From Lytechinus pictus (Eukaryota), in NCBI RefSeq assembly GCF_037042905.1, contig NC_087251.1, forward strand, positions 9,302,001-9,366,000: a stretch of 64,000 bases of DNA. Direction: 5' to 3'. This document shows, piece by piece, positions 1 through 10,900 of the stretch. Within the stretch, counting starts at the first letter, position 1. Each line of letters opens with the position of its first letter. Below the pieces are notes generated by a model. That model was not told the DNA's origin. It saw only the letters and a list, made by a program, of their open reading frames with translations, and did not search any database. A program made the translations under genes and the position numbers.

Positions 1-1869
1 GCTTTTAGCAGCTAGTGTATTATTTTCTGTCCGAATTCTCATACTTTCTGACAAAGCAAGATGTTTTTTTCATTGATATTTTGTTTTTTTAATTTAAACA
101 CTCTAAATGCTTTCTAATCTTAAGAAGGAATACCTAACGCCCTTTTCCGGGAAGAAAAATACGCAATCCGCTGATCCAATGACCGCTAGCGCGAATCGGT
201 CTATGCGCACACGCACGTTAAACGAGAAGCGTCTTGTTCCCTGACTAAGGACTCATCTATGTGCTAAAGCATGTGGGAATGTTCTTGCTTATTATGTCAT
301 AATGACGTCACATTTAGGTTTGAGAATGGTACCAGAAGAAAGTTCATGATATGCTTTTTCCATTTCAGCAATAAAACAAAATTCGATTTTTTTTTGGCGC
401 CAAAATACGTTAATGGCCTTTCTGCGGGAAGGCGACGATATACAGCCTCGTTCAATGTTTATGTTCAGGAAATCCACAGAATTCTGCAAACACAATATAA
501 CAGTGAATGTGAGCAGGTATCAATATCCATTATTTCTATGAGTGATCATAAGACCTACGTAAATTATAGAAGATAATTACTATCAATCATAATTTCCATG
601 AACTCTCTATTTTAACAAAGTGCTTAAAAAATAAAAACTTTGTAAAGTTGCATTCTCTAAAGTGACAAGGTGTTGACTGAAATCTCTTTACAATAATTCA
701 TACTATCTACACATTTAACAGTCCTCTTACCCTCTTAAGCATTTTATTTTGGAAGTGGCTTCTCTATCACAACTAAGACCCTGTTCACTCTTGTGAACCA
801 GCTTTAAGAAACGGTTCAGCTTGATTGTGAATGCTCAAAGTTTTCAAGCAAATAGACAAACTTGGTCTCTGGTTACCAAACTACTTTGTCATGTAGTTTC
901 AAGATTGCATTGCTTCATAAACTGGGGCACAAATGACTGTGAATGGCACTAATCAAGGAGAATAGCTTCACCTTGAAGAATTATTTTGTAGGAAATATCC
1001 ATGACAGAGATATGCTTTCTAATCATGAACATATGTCTGAACCCATCATGGCCTGGTAGGAAGGTGTTTATCGAGCATGCTGATGGAGTGACTGGGGATG
1101 CTAAAAAAAGCCTCATCTAACTTGTTCGCTGAATCAATTCAGTAGGAAGCAGTTCATAAAAGCAAATGTGAACAGGGTATGTCAGTTGAGACCTACACTT
1201 TGAAAAGGATTAGATGATTGGATCATGGATCCTACTTGGGTCCATGATTGGATGCAGCCCTAGATCATTCCTTGCTGAACATTGCACAATCTCATCAGCC
1301 TTTCACTGAAGACCCTTGATTAATACAGTTAAATATTCATAGGGGATTTGAGGCTGTCAAAGCAATCTTCTGAGGTTGTTAACTCAAAATGTTAGTACTA
1401 CAAGTAGGGCACATATTTAAAACCAAACCATAATACTCTTTGAAGTAAAAGCTTGTCCAAAGCTTTGAATAATGACAAAACAATCATTCCAAATGTTCCA
1501 ATCCTATTAGATGTTAAATTATACTGAACATTTTCATTCAATGGTTCTTTTTGAAAATCTGATTTTTGCTGTTATTCAGATTTAGTGGCCTCTCTCAGAA
1601 TTGTTACAATTTTTTGTCTAAATAAAGGCTTTTTGAATACTTCTTTTTTTACATTTAGGTAGAATATTTGAAAAAGCTGTATAAAATAGTAAATTTTAAA
1701 TTTTCTCCCATTCCATGCTTGAAAAAGAATAAAATTTAGATTAAACAAAACTCGATACAGGCTTTAAGGATACACAGATTAAGTTTCATGTTATCAATCC
1801 ACTTGAGATCTGCCAAAGATCATTCAATGATGTGGAAAACATTCATATTTCTGAACTGAGCATGTGTTT

Positions 1870-1897
1870 CTAAGAAAGGTGAGATCCAATGCTCATA
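1870..1897 (-). CDS. Candidate terminal coding exon of ZC3H14 ((S)MSIGSHLS*)
   Basis: Strong acceptor TTGTTTATCTTTTTTACCTGCAG in compatible phase, then TAG; AATAAA on minus near 743-748. No homology support; the true exon may be elsewhere or outside the window. Confidence 0.3.
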
Positions 1898-2032
1898 CTG
1901 CAGGTAAAAAAGATAAACAAATTCTCAATTATAAAAATAGACAGTCATAATACATCAACAATTTTTTTTCTTCATGATACATTAGCCACATTCCCTAATC
2001 ATCAAATAGGTCACACACCTGCACCATGAAAT

Positions 2033-2312
2033 ATAATAATGATAATAATAATAGCTAGATTTATACAGCCCTTTCTGTCTGAGGATACAAAGCGCTGTTA
2101 TTATTACTCCGGCTTTAGCTGCACTGTCTATATAGGCGCTCACACATTCAAGGAATTTCTTCCTACCGGGTACCCATTCACCTCACCTGGGTTGAGTGCA
2201 GCACAATGAGGGTAAATTTCTTGCTGAAGGAAAATACGCTATGGCTGGGAATCAAACCAATGTCCCTAAGATTGAAAGACAAGAGTCATAACCACTAGAC
2301 CACGACACCCCC
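2033..2312 (-). mobile_element. tRNA-derived SINE
   Basis: Minus strand begins GGGGTGTCGTGGTCTAGTGGTTA (A box) ... GGTTTGATTCCCAGCCATAGC (B box); core shared with 54152-54439; (TAT)n tail. Confidence 0.85.
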
Positions 2313-3304
2313 ACAAATATATTTTTTGTGTAGGTATTTGCAACCCTACAATCTTTTGATTTTTTAAACATAAAGGATATTTTTCCTCCAATTTCAGAAA
2401 ATGATGTGCGACATGATTTTTGCAAATGAACATCCCAAACATTGGTTTTATACTATGGATTTCATAAATTTACTCAATAAACACACAATGACGGGCTTAT
2501 TACTTTTTCATTTTTTCAAGGATTTTCTATTGTGCAGTATATTACATGTATTTATTAATGGGTATTACTTATGGGAAAATTAAATTGACAGAGTAATTTC
2601 ATTGTAAAAATTGGAATGAGAATGTTCACAAAAAGACAAACAGCATTTATAGGGATAATGGAAGAAATTTTTGCTGATTTACAAAAATTTGTAAATCAAA
2701 TATGAAGATTGCCAAAGAAAGTACATTGAGATTTTTCAATCTTTCCTAATTTTCTCATTTCATAACAGATTTTAATAGAACTTTAAATTGCTCTTCTACA
2801 TCCTCTTTTCCCTTACAATGGATATTTCCTGAGGGTTTGATGGCAAATTAAAAATATTTTATCATTTTTTTTTAAGTTAGTCTTGATGCAGGCTTCAAAA
2901 CCTTTGTAACAAAGCAATGAAGATGACTGCTCAAAATGAACAGCACTCTCCAATGTGTGCAGAAAAATAAAGAGACAAAAAAATCTCATCAAAAGAAGCT
3001 ATCTTGGAATTGACACATTAAGACTTTTTGTCTAACTTTCAAATTAATTAGGCATCCTGATGCAATCATGGATATCAGGGAAATAACAATCCGCAATGGT
3101 GATGATTATTGCTCTTATTTCCGCATCTCATCATTCCAAGGTAAGCCTTTTACATATCATTAATGACAGCTATCTATCTTCTTTGTATTGACTCATGGAT
3201 ATAAATGAACTTGAACAAGACTTTTAAAGTTCTTCATTCCTCAACACCTGCCTCAAAGTAAATTTGCACTGTTGCAAGGTTATTCAATCAATGCTAGAAA
3301 ATTT

Positions 3305-3310
<6 letters not shown>

Positions 3311-3371
<61 letters not shown>
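3311..3371. repeat. (TA)n microsatellite
   Basis: Interrupted TA run followed by T and G homopolymers. Confidence 0.95.
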
Positions 3372-3373
<2 letters not shown>

Positions 3374-4288
3374 TTTTTTTTTTCGGGGGGGGGGGGGGGT
3401 TAGCATTCATTATTCTTTACTAGACCGTATATCATATCAGAGGTTTCTGATGTCTTATCCAGATTGCAGTCTTATAATACTCAATAGAAAGATAACAAAT
3501 TCATTCTTGAAACATTCATATCACAAATATTTTAATATAAGGCAAAAATATCGCTCCGCTCCAAACATTTCAAAATGTTGATAAAGCTCAAATAAAATGG
3601 CTTTTGTAATTTATACCAAACTTCATAGTGCATGAGGCTACATTACATGTACATGTGGATGAAAACACCATGAAACTGACTTCTTTGGAAGACAATCCCA
3701 CTTCAGAGCATCAGAAAAAAGGCACTTTTACAATTTTCATTTTTACATGTACATTTTATGTACTATCGCCCTATGAATCAAAATGGCATCAAATATTATT
3801 TATTTATTTCTAGTTTCACCATACGAAATTCTGGTTTCTTGCAAGCCATGGGATGGGAGAAAAATCTACTTCAGATCAACAATTTTTTTTTAAAATTAAT
3901 TCATGAGTGCTAATTGCCAGGGGCATCACTAGGCCTTTTCCAGTAGGAATTGTGGAGGCACTGATTACCAAAAAAAACCCACCCAAATATTTATGTTTTA
4001 TTGGGATCTCACATATAGTTCTCCTGATTAATCCACAAATTGCTATGATATCACTTTAAATCAGTAAAACAGTAACATTTGTTTTCTTACAAGGTATAGT
4101 CATTAGTCAACTTCCACTTTTCGATTTATCAGTTTTCTTGTATACCTATGTGTCATTGTGAAACTATGTCAGCCTTTAACATTCACTTTGGTCTTTTACA
4201 GTACAAATTTAAATTGTGTAATAATTGCTGTAAAGCATGACAGGGATTTTTATAGAAACTAAGTGTGCTCTATTCATATTGACTTCTC

Positions 4289-5143
4289 TTGAGTTTCTAA
4301 CCTGAATCTTGACTCTATAGCTTAATTAAAAAAAACTCATTTCCATCTGGATAACTGGGGGAATGATCTGGGCTATATTTAATATAAAAGCACAAGCATG
4401 ATGGGCTTCACATTTGCATAGCAAACAATGGTATGGTATCAAATTATCCCAAGATAAAACCAAAGTGAATATTGCCTTACAATTGCTGGATAATTCATCA
4501 AATCACATGCTAATCTGCTTGACTCCAGATTATAATCATGAAACAAAGTAAAAAAAAAATTGTCTGATTATTGTGTCTTAACCTTCATTGTTAATCATTT
4601 GAGATTGTTCTGACTGGGATAGTATGCTGATTCAGAGAAAGCAGGATAATATGAAAATATAGGCTGATGTAATTGGCACTTGAGTTATCAGCCCATTAAA
4701 CTCCTTCAGCAATTTTCCACCCCTTCTCTTGCCTATCTTCTGCATCCTTCCTCTTTTTCTTACCTTCTCCAATTTCTTTCTCCTTGACTCTCTCCAAAAC
4801 TCTTCCCCCTCTCTTTCCCCCTATCTATCTCTGCAATTCCTTTCTTTCTTCAAGTGTGCTGGTGCATAGAATTGCAATATCAAGCGTGGCAAGAACTTGT
4901 ACCCATTTAGGCTTAATTGCCCTTGATAATATTCCTGTGCCTTTCCTTAAACTATATAATCTCAAGTTCCCCTCCAGAGTATAATTATGGCCAAACTTCA
5001 AGAAAGTGGTCAAGAGTATACTATTCTCTTGACTAATATACTAAACTACATATATCCCTCTCCAAGAGTTTCAACAACTCTCAAGGGAGTTTCTACTGCT
5101 CACATGCATCTACCCGAGAACAAATCAACTCCTTCTTCCGAAC
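4289..5143 (+). repeat. Copy 1 of ~0.86-kb direct duplication
   Basis: Near-identical to 11264-12127 (TTGAGTTTCTAACCTGAAT ... CAACTCCTTCTT). Confidence 0.95.
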
Positions 5144-5236
5144 ACTTCTTAAGACTATAGTGCATGAGTCTACATTAGATGAAACTACCATGAAATTGAC
5201 CACTTTGGAAGATAATCCCACTTCAGAGCATCAAGA

Positions 5237-7783
5237 AAACAAAAGGAGTGCCTCTGGCAGTCTCACCTATATCACGCAATTCAATCTAGCAGCAGTGCTG
5301 ACTTTGAAAACTACTATAATCATTCACAAAAAACACAATTCATATAATGATACAATACTATGTTCATTGACAATAAAAGACATTTGAACTTGATCATGCG
5401 ACCCAAGACTTGTCAGTGATACTTGATTACCCCTTTATCCACATTTTATAAACTATATCTATAAACTTTGAATGTTATGACAGCAATCCAATAATTACCT
5501 CCAAAATGGCCAAAGTTCATTGACATTATATGACCATTGACGTTGGTCATGTGACCTGAAACTCGCATGAGAATGTCCAAGATTTATGAACAAGATCCAT
5601 ACACTTTTGGAGTTATGATGGTTATTCACCATGTGGTACTTGATAACTCTTATGTCCAAGTTTTATGAACTAGACCAATACAATTACAGAATTATGATGG
5701 TAATTCAACAAATACCCTCAACATGGCCAAAGTTCGTTGACCTTTGACCTTAGTCATGTGACCTGAAACTTGCACAGGATGTTCAGTGATACTTGATTAC
5801 TTTTGTGTCCAAGTTTTATGAATCAGATCCATAAACTTTCAAAGTCATGATGGTAATTCAACAAATACCCCCAACATGGCCAAAGTTCATTAACCTTAAT
5901 GACCTTTGTCATGTGACCTGACCTCGCACAGGATGTTCAGTGATACTTGATTACTCTTATGTCCAAGTTTTATGAACTTGACCAATACACTTACAGAGTT
6001 ATGATGGTAATTCAACAAATACCCCTAACATAGCCAAAGTTCATTGACCTTAAATGACCTTTGAACTTGGTCATGTGACCTGGAACTCGCACAGGACGTT
6101 CATTCAGTAATACTTGATTAGTCTTATGTCCAAGTTTTATGAACTAGACCAAAAAAGCATTCAAAGTTATGATGGTAATTCAACAAATACACCCAACTTG
6201 GCCAAAGTTCATTGACTTTACATGACCTGTGACCTTGATTATGTGACCTGAAACTCAGGCAGGATGTTTAGGGAATATTGGATGGCCTTGAGTGGGATGC
6301 GTAGAAATATTGTATGAGCTGAAGAACAATATTGGATGAGTCGGAGACAAATCCAATATTGTTTTTCAGCGAGTAAAAATATTTCTACGCATCCCACGAA
6401 AATTTGTCATCCAATATTATTATCATTAACACTAAATAGGTTCATTATTGCGGACTGAAATAATCGCTAGAGGGTATTCATTTGTCTCGCAATCTACTAT
6501 GGTCAACAAGGAAATTCGTGATCAATCTCGCAAAAAGTGTTCACTAGCTTTCTAGGAAATTTGTGATCACTCTCGCAAAAAGTGTTCACTAGCTTACAAG
6601 TTCACGAGCTTTCAAGTGCCGCTGCAACTCTTTATCAAGTGACGAAAATTATCTGATAACGTAGTCTATTTATATCAATCCCCAGGACCGTACGCACGAA
6701 CGCGGGAATAATAGGTAGGCACTGATCCGTTGTGTGATTGGTCGGGCGTTTCACTTTTTGCGAGAGTGATCACAAATTTCCTTGTTGACCATAGTAGATT
6801 GCGAGACAAATGAATACCTTCTAGCGATTATCATTATCATTATTTAGATACCCACAAAGCTAAACATAAATTAATAAAGCAAAAAAAAAGAAGATTTTAT
6901 TTACCATTTTATGTAAATCCTGTAATGAGCATGGCGACTGAGTATTGCCATTTTTCTAAAAAGAAATCTCTGTAGAGTGCGCTAACGTATAGTGCAAGCA
7001 CATTTGAGTTCAATAAACTGACGCAATCTCGTTCCTTTGCCACACCTCCTGGCAACCAATACAGAATGCAATTTTATTGTGACGTAACAATAGCTTCATG
7101 CACACAATCATGTATTAACCAATGATAATCTTGTGGACGGGGCAAAATATTTTTTTTTTAATTTATTTATTTAAAACGGTTTAATTCAACAAGGGTGTCT
7201 ATAGCGGCTGAAAAGCCGAATTGCATTACCCTTTACAATCATTTACATAAAAAATACAATCAATATCAAACAAAGAACAACTGAATTTACACAAATTCTA
7301 CATCTTAAATACACTTATATCACGATATAAATTAAATTAAATAATAAATTGATACTGATAGTACATGCATTTGTTGTAAAATGTTGTTAATTCATTTCGT
7401 CCATGGTTTTCATAGGCATACACGTTAAAAATCAGTTTTAATATTATGTCTCTTTGAAACAACCTTGTAAGACGTCAAAAAATATCTGCACCTCTAAAAC
7501 CCTACATCTAAATAATAACCAGTAATGATTACCCTTATCGCCAAGTTTCATGAACTTGGTCCACATATTTTCTAAGTTATCATGACATTTCAAAAACTTA
7601 ACCTTAGGTTAAGATTTTGATGTTGATTCCCCCAACATGGTCTAAGTTCATTGACCCTAAATGACCTTTGACCTTGGTCATGTGATTCTATAACTTAACC
7701 TTCAGTTAAAATTTGGTGTTGACGCCGCCGCCATCAGAAAAGCAGCGCCTATAATAGTCTCACTCTGCTAGGTGAGACAAAAA
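5237..7783 (+). mobile_element. Helentron/HINE-like non-autonomous element with internal ~120-bp tandem repeats, interrupted at 6269-7519
   Basis: Same 5' end (GCCTCTGGCAGTCTC), TGACCTTTGACCTTGGTCATGTGACCTGAAACTC repeats and 3' hairpin (GTCTCAC...GTGAGAC-AAAAA) as the intact copy at 24091-25266. Confidence 0.8.
6269..7519 (+). mobile_element. Hairpin-headed element A (Crypton-like, no TSD), carrying a nested ~80-bp-TIR MITE at 6461-6830
   Basis: Splits the host unit CAGGATGTT|CAGTAAT without duplication; hairpin 6274-6418; inverted arms 6840-6849 / 7506-7515. Confidence 0.7.
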
Positions 7784-7824
7784 TCAACTTAATGATCAGA
7801 AAAGGAAATAAGTGATTAACTCAC

Positions 7825-7928
7825 CTGATATGTTGATCTTTAGTCCATTTCATTGCTGACCTAGATGTTACATGGGAGTGTTGGAACTTACAATCAGGAC
7901 GGGTACAGGATCTATTGTATCTACACAT
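7825..7928 (-). CDS. ZC3H14: ZC3H14 exon (104 nt), ZF5 MCRYNRSCTRPDCKFQHSHVTSRSAMKWTKDQHI(S)
   Basis: Acceptor TTTCTATATCAG, donor GTGAGT; matches the CRFNTQCTRPDCTFYH...ALKW end of ZC3H14; phase 0 to 2. Confidence 0.95.
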
Positions 7929-10900
7929 CTGATATAGAAATAACAAAGAAATAACAGAATATGAACACAACTGTTAATATATGTTTAATTTCTGATCTTT
8001 TTTCAAGTCTTTGTACAAAAATAATCTTTTTCTTGTAATATTTGTTATGGTCATGTGTCAATAGGTTGACAGCTAAAAATGGTCATGCTGCTACAAGTTT
8101 TGGTTTTATTAGTAAAGTTAATCCTCATTATTTTTAAAACCAAGGGGGCTGTTCCAACAAATTTAGTATCACTTTAAAGCTGAAGTCAATTTAATAAAAA
8201 TCTAAAACGTTTCAATGCTGCAAGGTCTACATAACTGAAAGGTTTAGGTTTCAATGCTGCAAGGTCTACAGAACTGAAAGGGGAAGGTTTCAATGCTGCA
8301 AGGTCTACAGAACTGAAAGGGGAAGGTTTCAATGCTGCAAGGTCTACAGAACTGAAAGGGGAAGGTTTCAATGCTGCAAGGTCTACAGAACTGAAAGGGG
8401 AAGGTTTCAATGCTGCAAGGTCTACAGAACTGAAAGGGGAAGGTTTCAATGCTGCAAGGTCTACAGAACTGAAAGGGGAACGTTTCAATGCTGCAAGGTC
8501 TACAGAACTGAAAGGGGAAGTTCATAAAAATCTAAAACGTTTCAATGCTGCAAGGTCTACAGAACTGAAAGGGGAAGTTCATAAAAATCTAAAACGTTTC
8601 AATGCTGCAAGGTCTACAGAACTGAAAGGGGAAGTTCATAAAAATCTAAAACGTTTCAATGCTGCAAGGTCTACAGAACTGAAAGGGGAAGTTCATAAAA
8701 ATCTAAAACGTTTCAATGCTGCAAGGTCTACAGAACTGAAAGGGGAAGTTCATAAAAATCTAAAACGTTTCAATGCTGCAAGGTCTACAGAACTGAAAGG
8801 GGAAGTTCATAAAAATCTAAAACGTTTCAATGCTGCAAGGTCTACAGAACTGAAAGGGGAAGTTCATAAAAATCTAAAACGTTTCAATGCTGCAAGGTCT
8901 ACAGAACTGAAAGGGGAAGTTCATAAAAATCTAAAACGTTTCAATGCTGCAAGGTCTACAGAACTGAAAGGGGAAGTTCATAAAAATCTGAAACGTTTCA
9001 ATGCTGCAAGGTCTACAGAACTGAAAGGGGAAGTTCATAAAAATCTAAAACGTTTCAATGCTGCAAGGTCTACTGAACTGAAAGGGGAAGGTTTCAATGC
9101 TGCAAGGTCTACTGAACTGAAAGGGGAAGGTTTCAATGCTGCAAGGTCTACTGAACTGAAAGGGGAACGTTTCAATGCTGCAAGGTCTACAGAACTGAAA
9201 GGGGAACGTTTCAATGCTGCAAGGTCTACAGAACTGAAAGGGGAACGTTTCAATGCTGCAAGGTCTACAGAACTGAAAGGGGAACGTTTCAATGCTGCAA
9301 GGTCTACAGAACTGAAAGGGGAACATTTCAATGCTGCAAGGTCTACAGAACTGAAAGGGGAAGGTTTCAATGCTGCAAGGTCTACAGAACTGAAAGGGGA
9401 ACGTTTCAATGCTGCAAGGTCTACAGAACTGAAAGGGGAAGGTTTCAATGCTGCAAGGTCTACTGAACTGAAAGGGGAACGTTTCAATGCTGCAAGGTCT
9501 ACAGAACTGAAAGGGGAACGTTTCAATGCTGCAAGGTCTACAGAACTGAAAGGGGAACGTTTCAATGCTGCAAGGTCTACAGAACTGAAAGGGGAACGTT
9601 TCAATGCTGCAAGGTCTACAGAACTGAAAGGGGAACGTTTCAATGCTGCAAGGTCTACAGAACTGAAAGGGGAACGTTTCAATGCTGCAAGGTCTACAGA
9701 ACTGAAAGGGGAACGTTTCAATGCTGCAAGGTCTACAGAACTGAAAGGGGAAGGTTTCAATGCTGCAAGGTCTACTGAACTGAAAGGGGAACGTTTCAAT
9801 GCTGCAAGGTCTACAGAACTGAAAGGGGAACGTTTCAATGCTGCAAGGTCTACTGAACTGAAAGGGGAACGTTTCAATGCTGCAAGGTCTACAGAACTGA
9901 AAGGGGAAGGTTTCAATGCTGCAAGGTCTACTGAACTGAAAGGGGAACGTTTCAATGCTGCAAGGTCTACAGAACTGAAAGGGGAACGTTTCAATGCTGC
10001 AAGGTCTACAGAACTGAAAGGGGAACGTTTCAATGCTGCAAGGTCTACAGAACTGAAAGGGGAACGTTTCAATGCTGCAAGGTCTACAGAACTGAAAGGG
10101 GAACGTTTCAATGCTGCAAGGTCTACAGAACTGAAAGGGGAACGTTTCAATGCTGCAAGGTCTACTGAACTGAAAGGGGAACGTTTCAATGCTGCAAGGT
10201 CTACAGAACTGAAAGGGGAACGTTTCAATGCTGCAAGGTCTACAGAACTGAAAGGGGAACGTTTCAATGCTGCAAGGTCTACAGAACTGAAAGGGGAAGG
10301 TTTCAATGCTGCAAGGTCTACTGAACTGAAAGGGGAACGTTTCAATGCTGCAAGGTCTACAGAACTGAAAGGGGAACGTTTCAATGCTGCAAGGTCTACA
10401 GAACTGAAAGGGGAACGTTTCAATGCTGCAAGGTCTACAGAACTGAAAGGGGAACGTTTCAATGCTGCAAGGTCTACAGAACTGAAAGGGGAACGTTTCA
10501 ATGCTGCAAGGTCTACAGAACTGAAAGGGGAACGTTTCAATGCTGCAAGGTCTACAGAACTGAAAGGGGAACGTTTCAATGCTGCAAGGTCTACAGAACT
10601 GAAAGGGGAACGTTTCAATGCTGCAAGGTCTACAGAACTGAAAGGGGAACGTTTCAATGCTGCAAGGTCTACAGAACTGAAAGGGGAACGTTTCAATGCT
10701 GCAAGGTCTACAGAACTGAAAGGGGAACGTTTCAATGCTGCAAGGTCTACAGAACTGAAAGGGGAAGTTCATCCTGACAAAAATATTATTGTAAAAATAG
10801 CAGAAACAATATTGGTGAAGGTTTGAGGAAAATTCATCAAAAATAACAAAAAAAGTTATTGGAATATTGATTTTTTGATTTGTGACGTCATATGTGAGCA

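Noticed and set aside
1260..1305. Alternative terminal exon (S)ERLMRLCNVQQGMI*
   Set aside because: Gives an HISER-like junction, but the acceptor lacks a pyrimidine tract and has an upstream AG; cannot be supported.
8195..10771. CRISPR array (repeat starts GTTTCAAT and contains TGAAAG; 57-bp units look like repeat plus spacer)
   Set aside because: The apparent spacers are identical or absent, there are no cas genes, and the context is a eukaryotic intron; it is a minisatellite.
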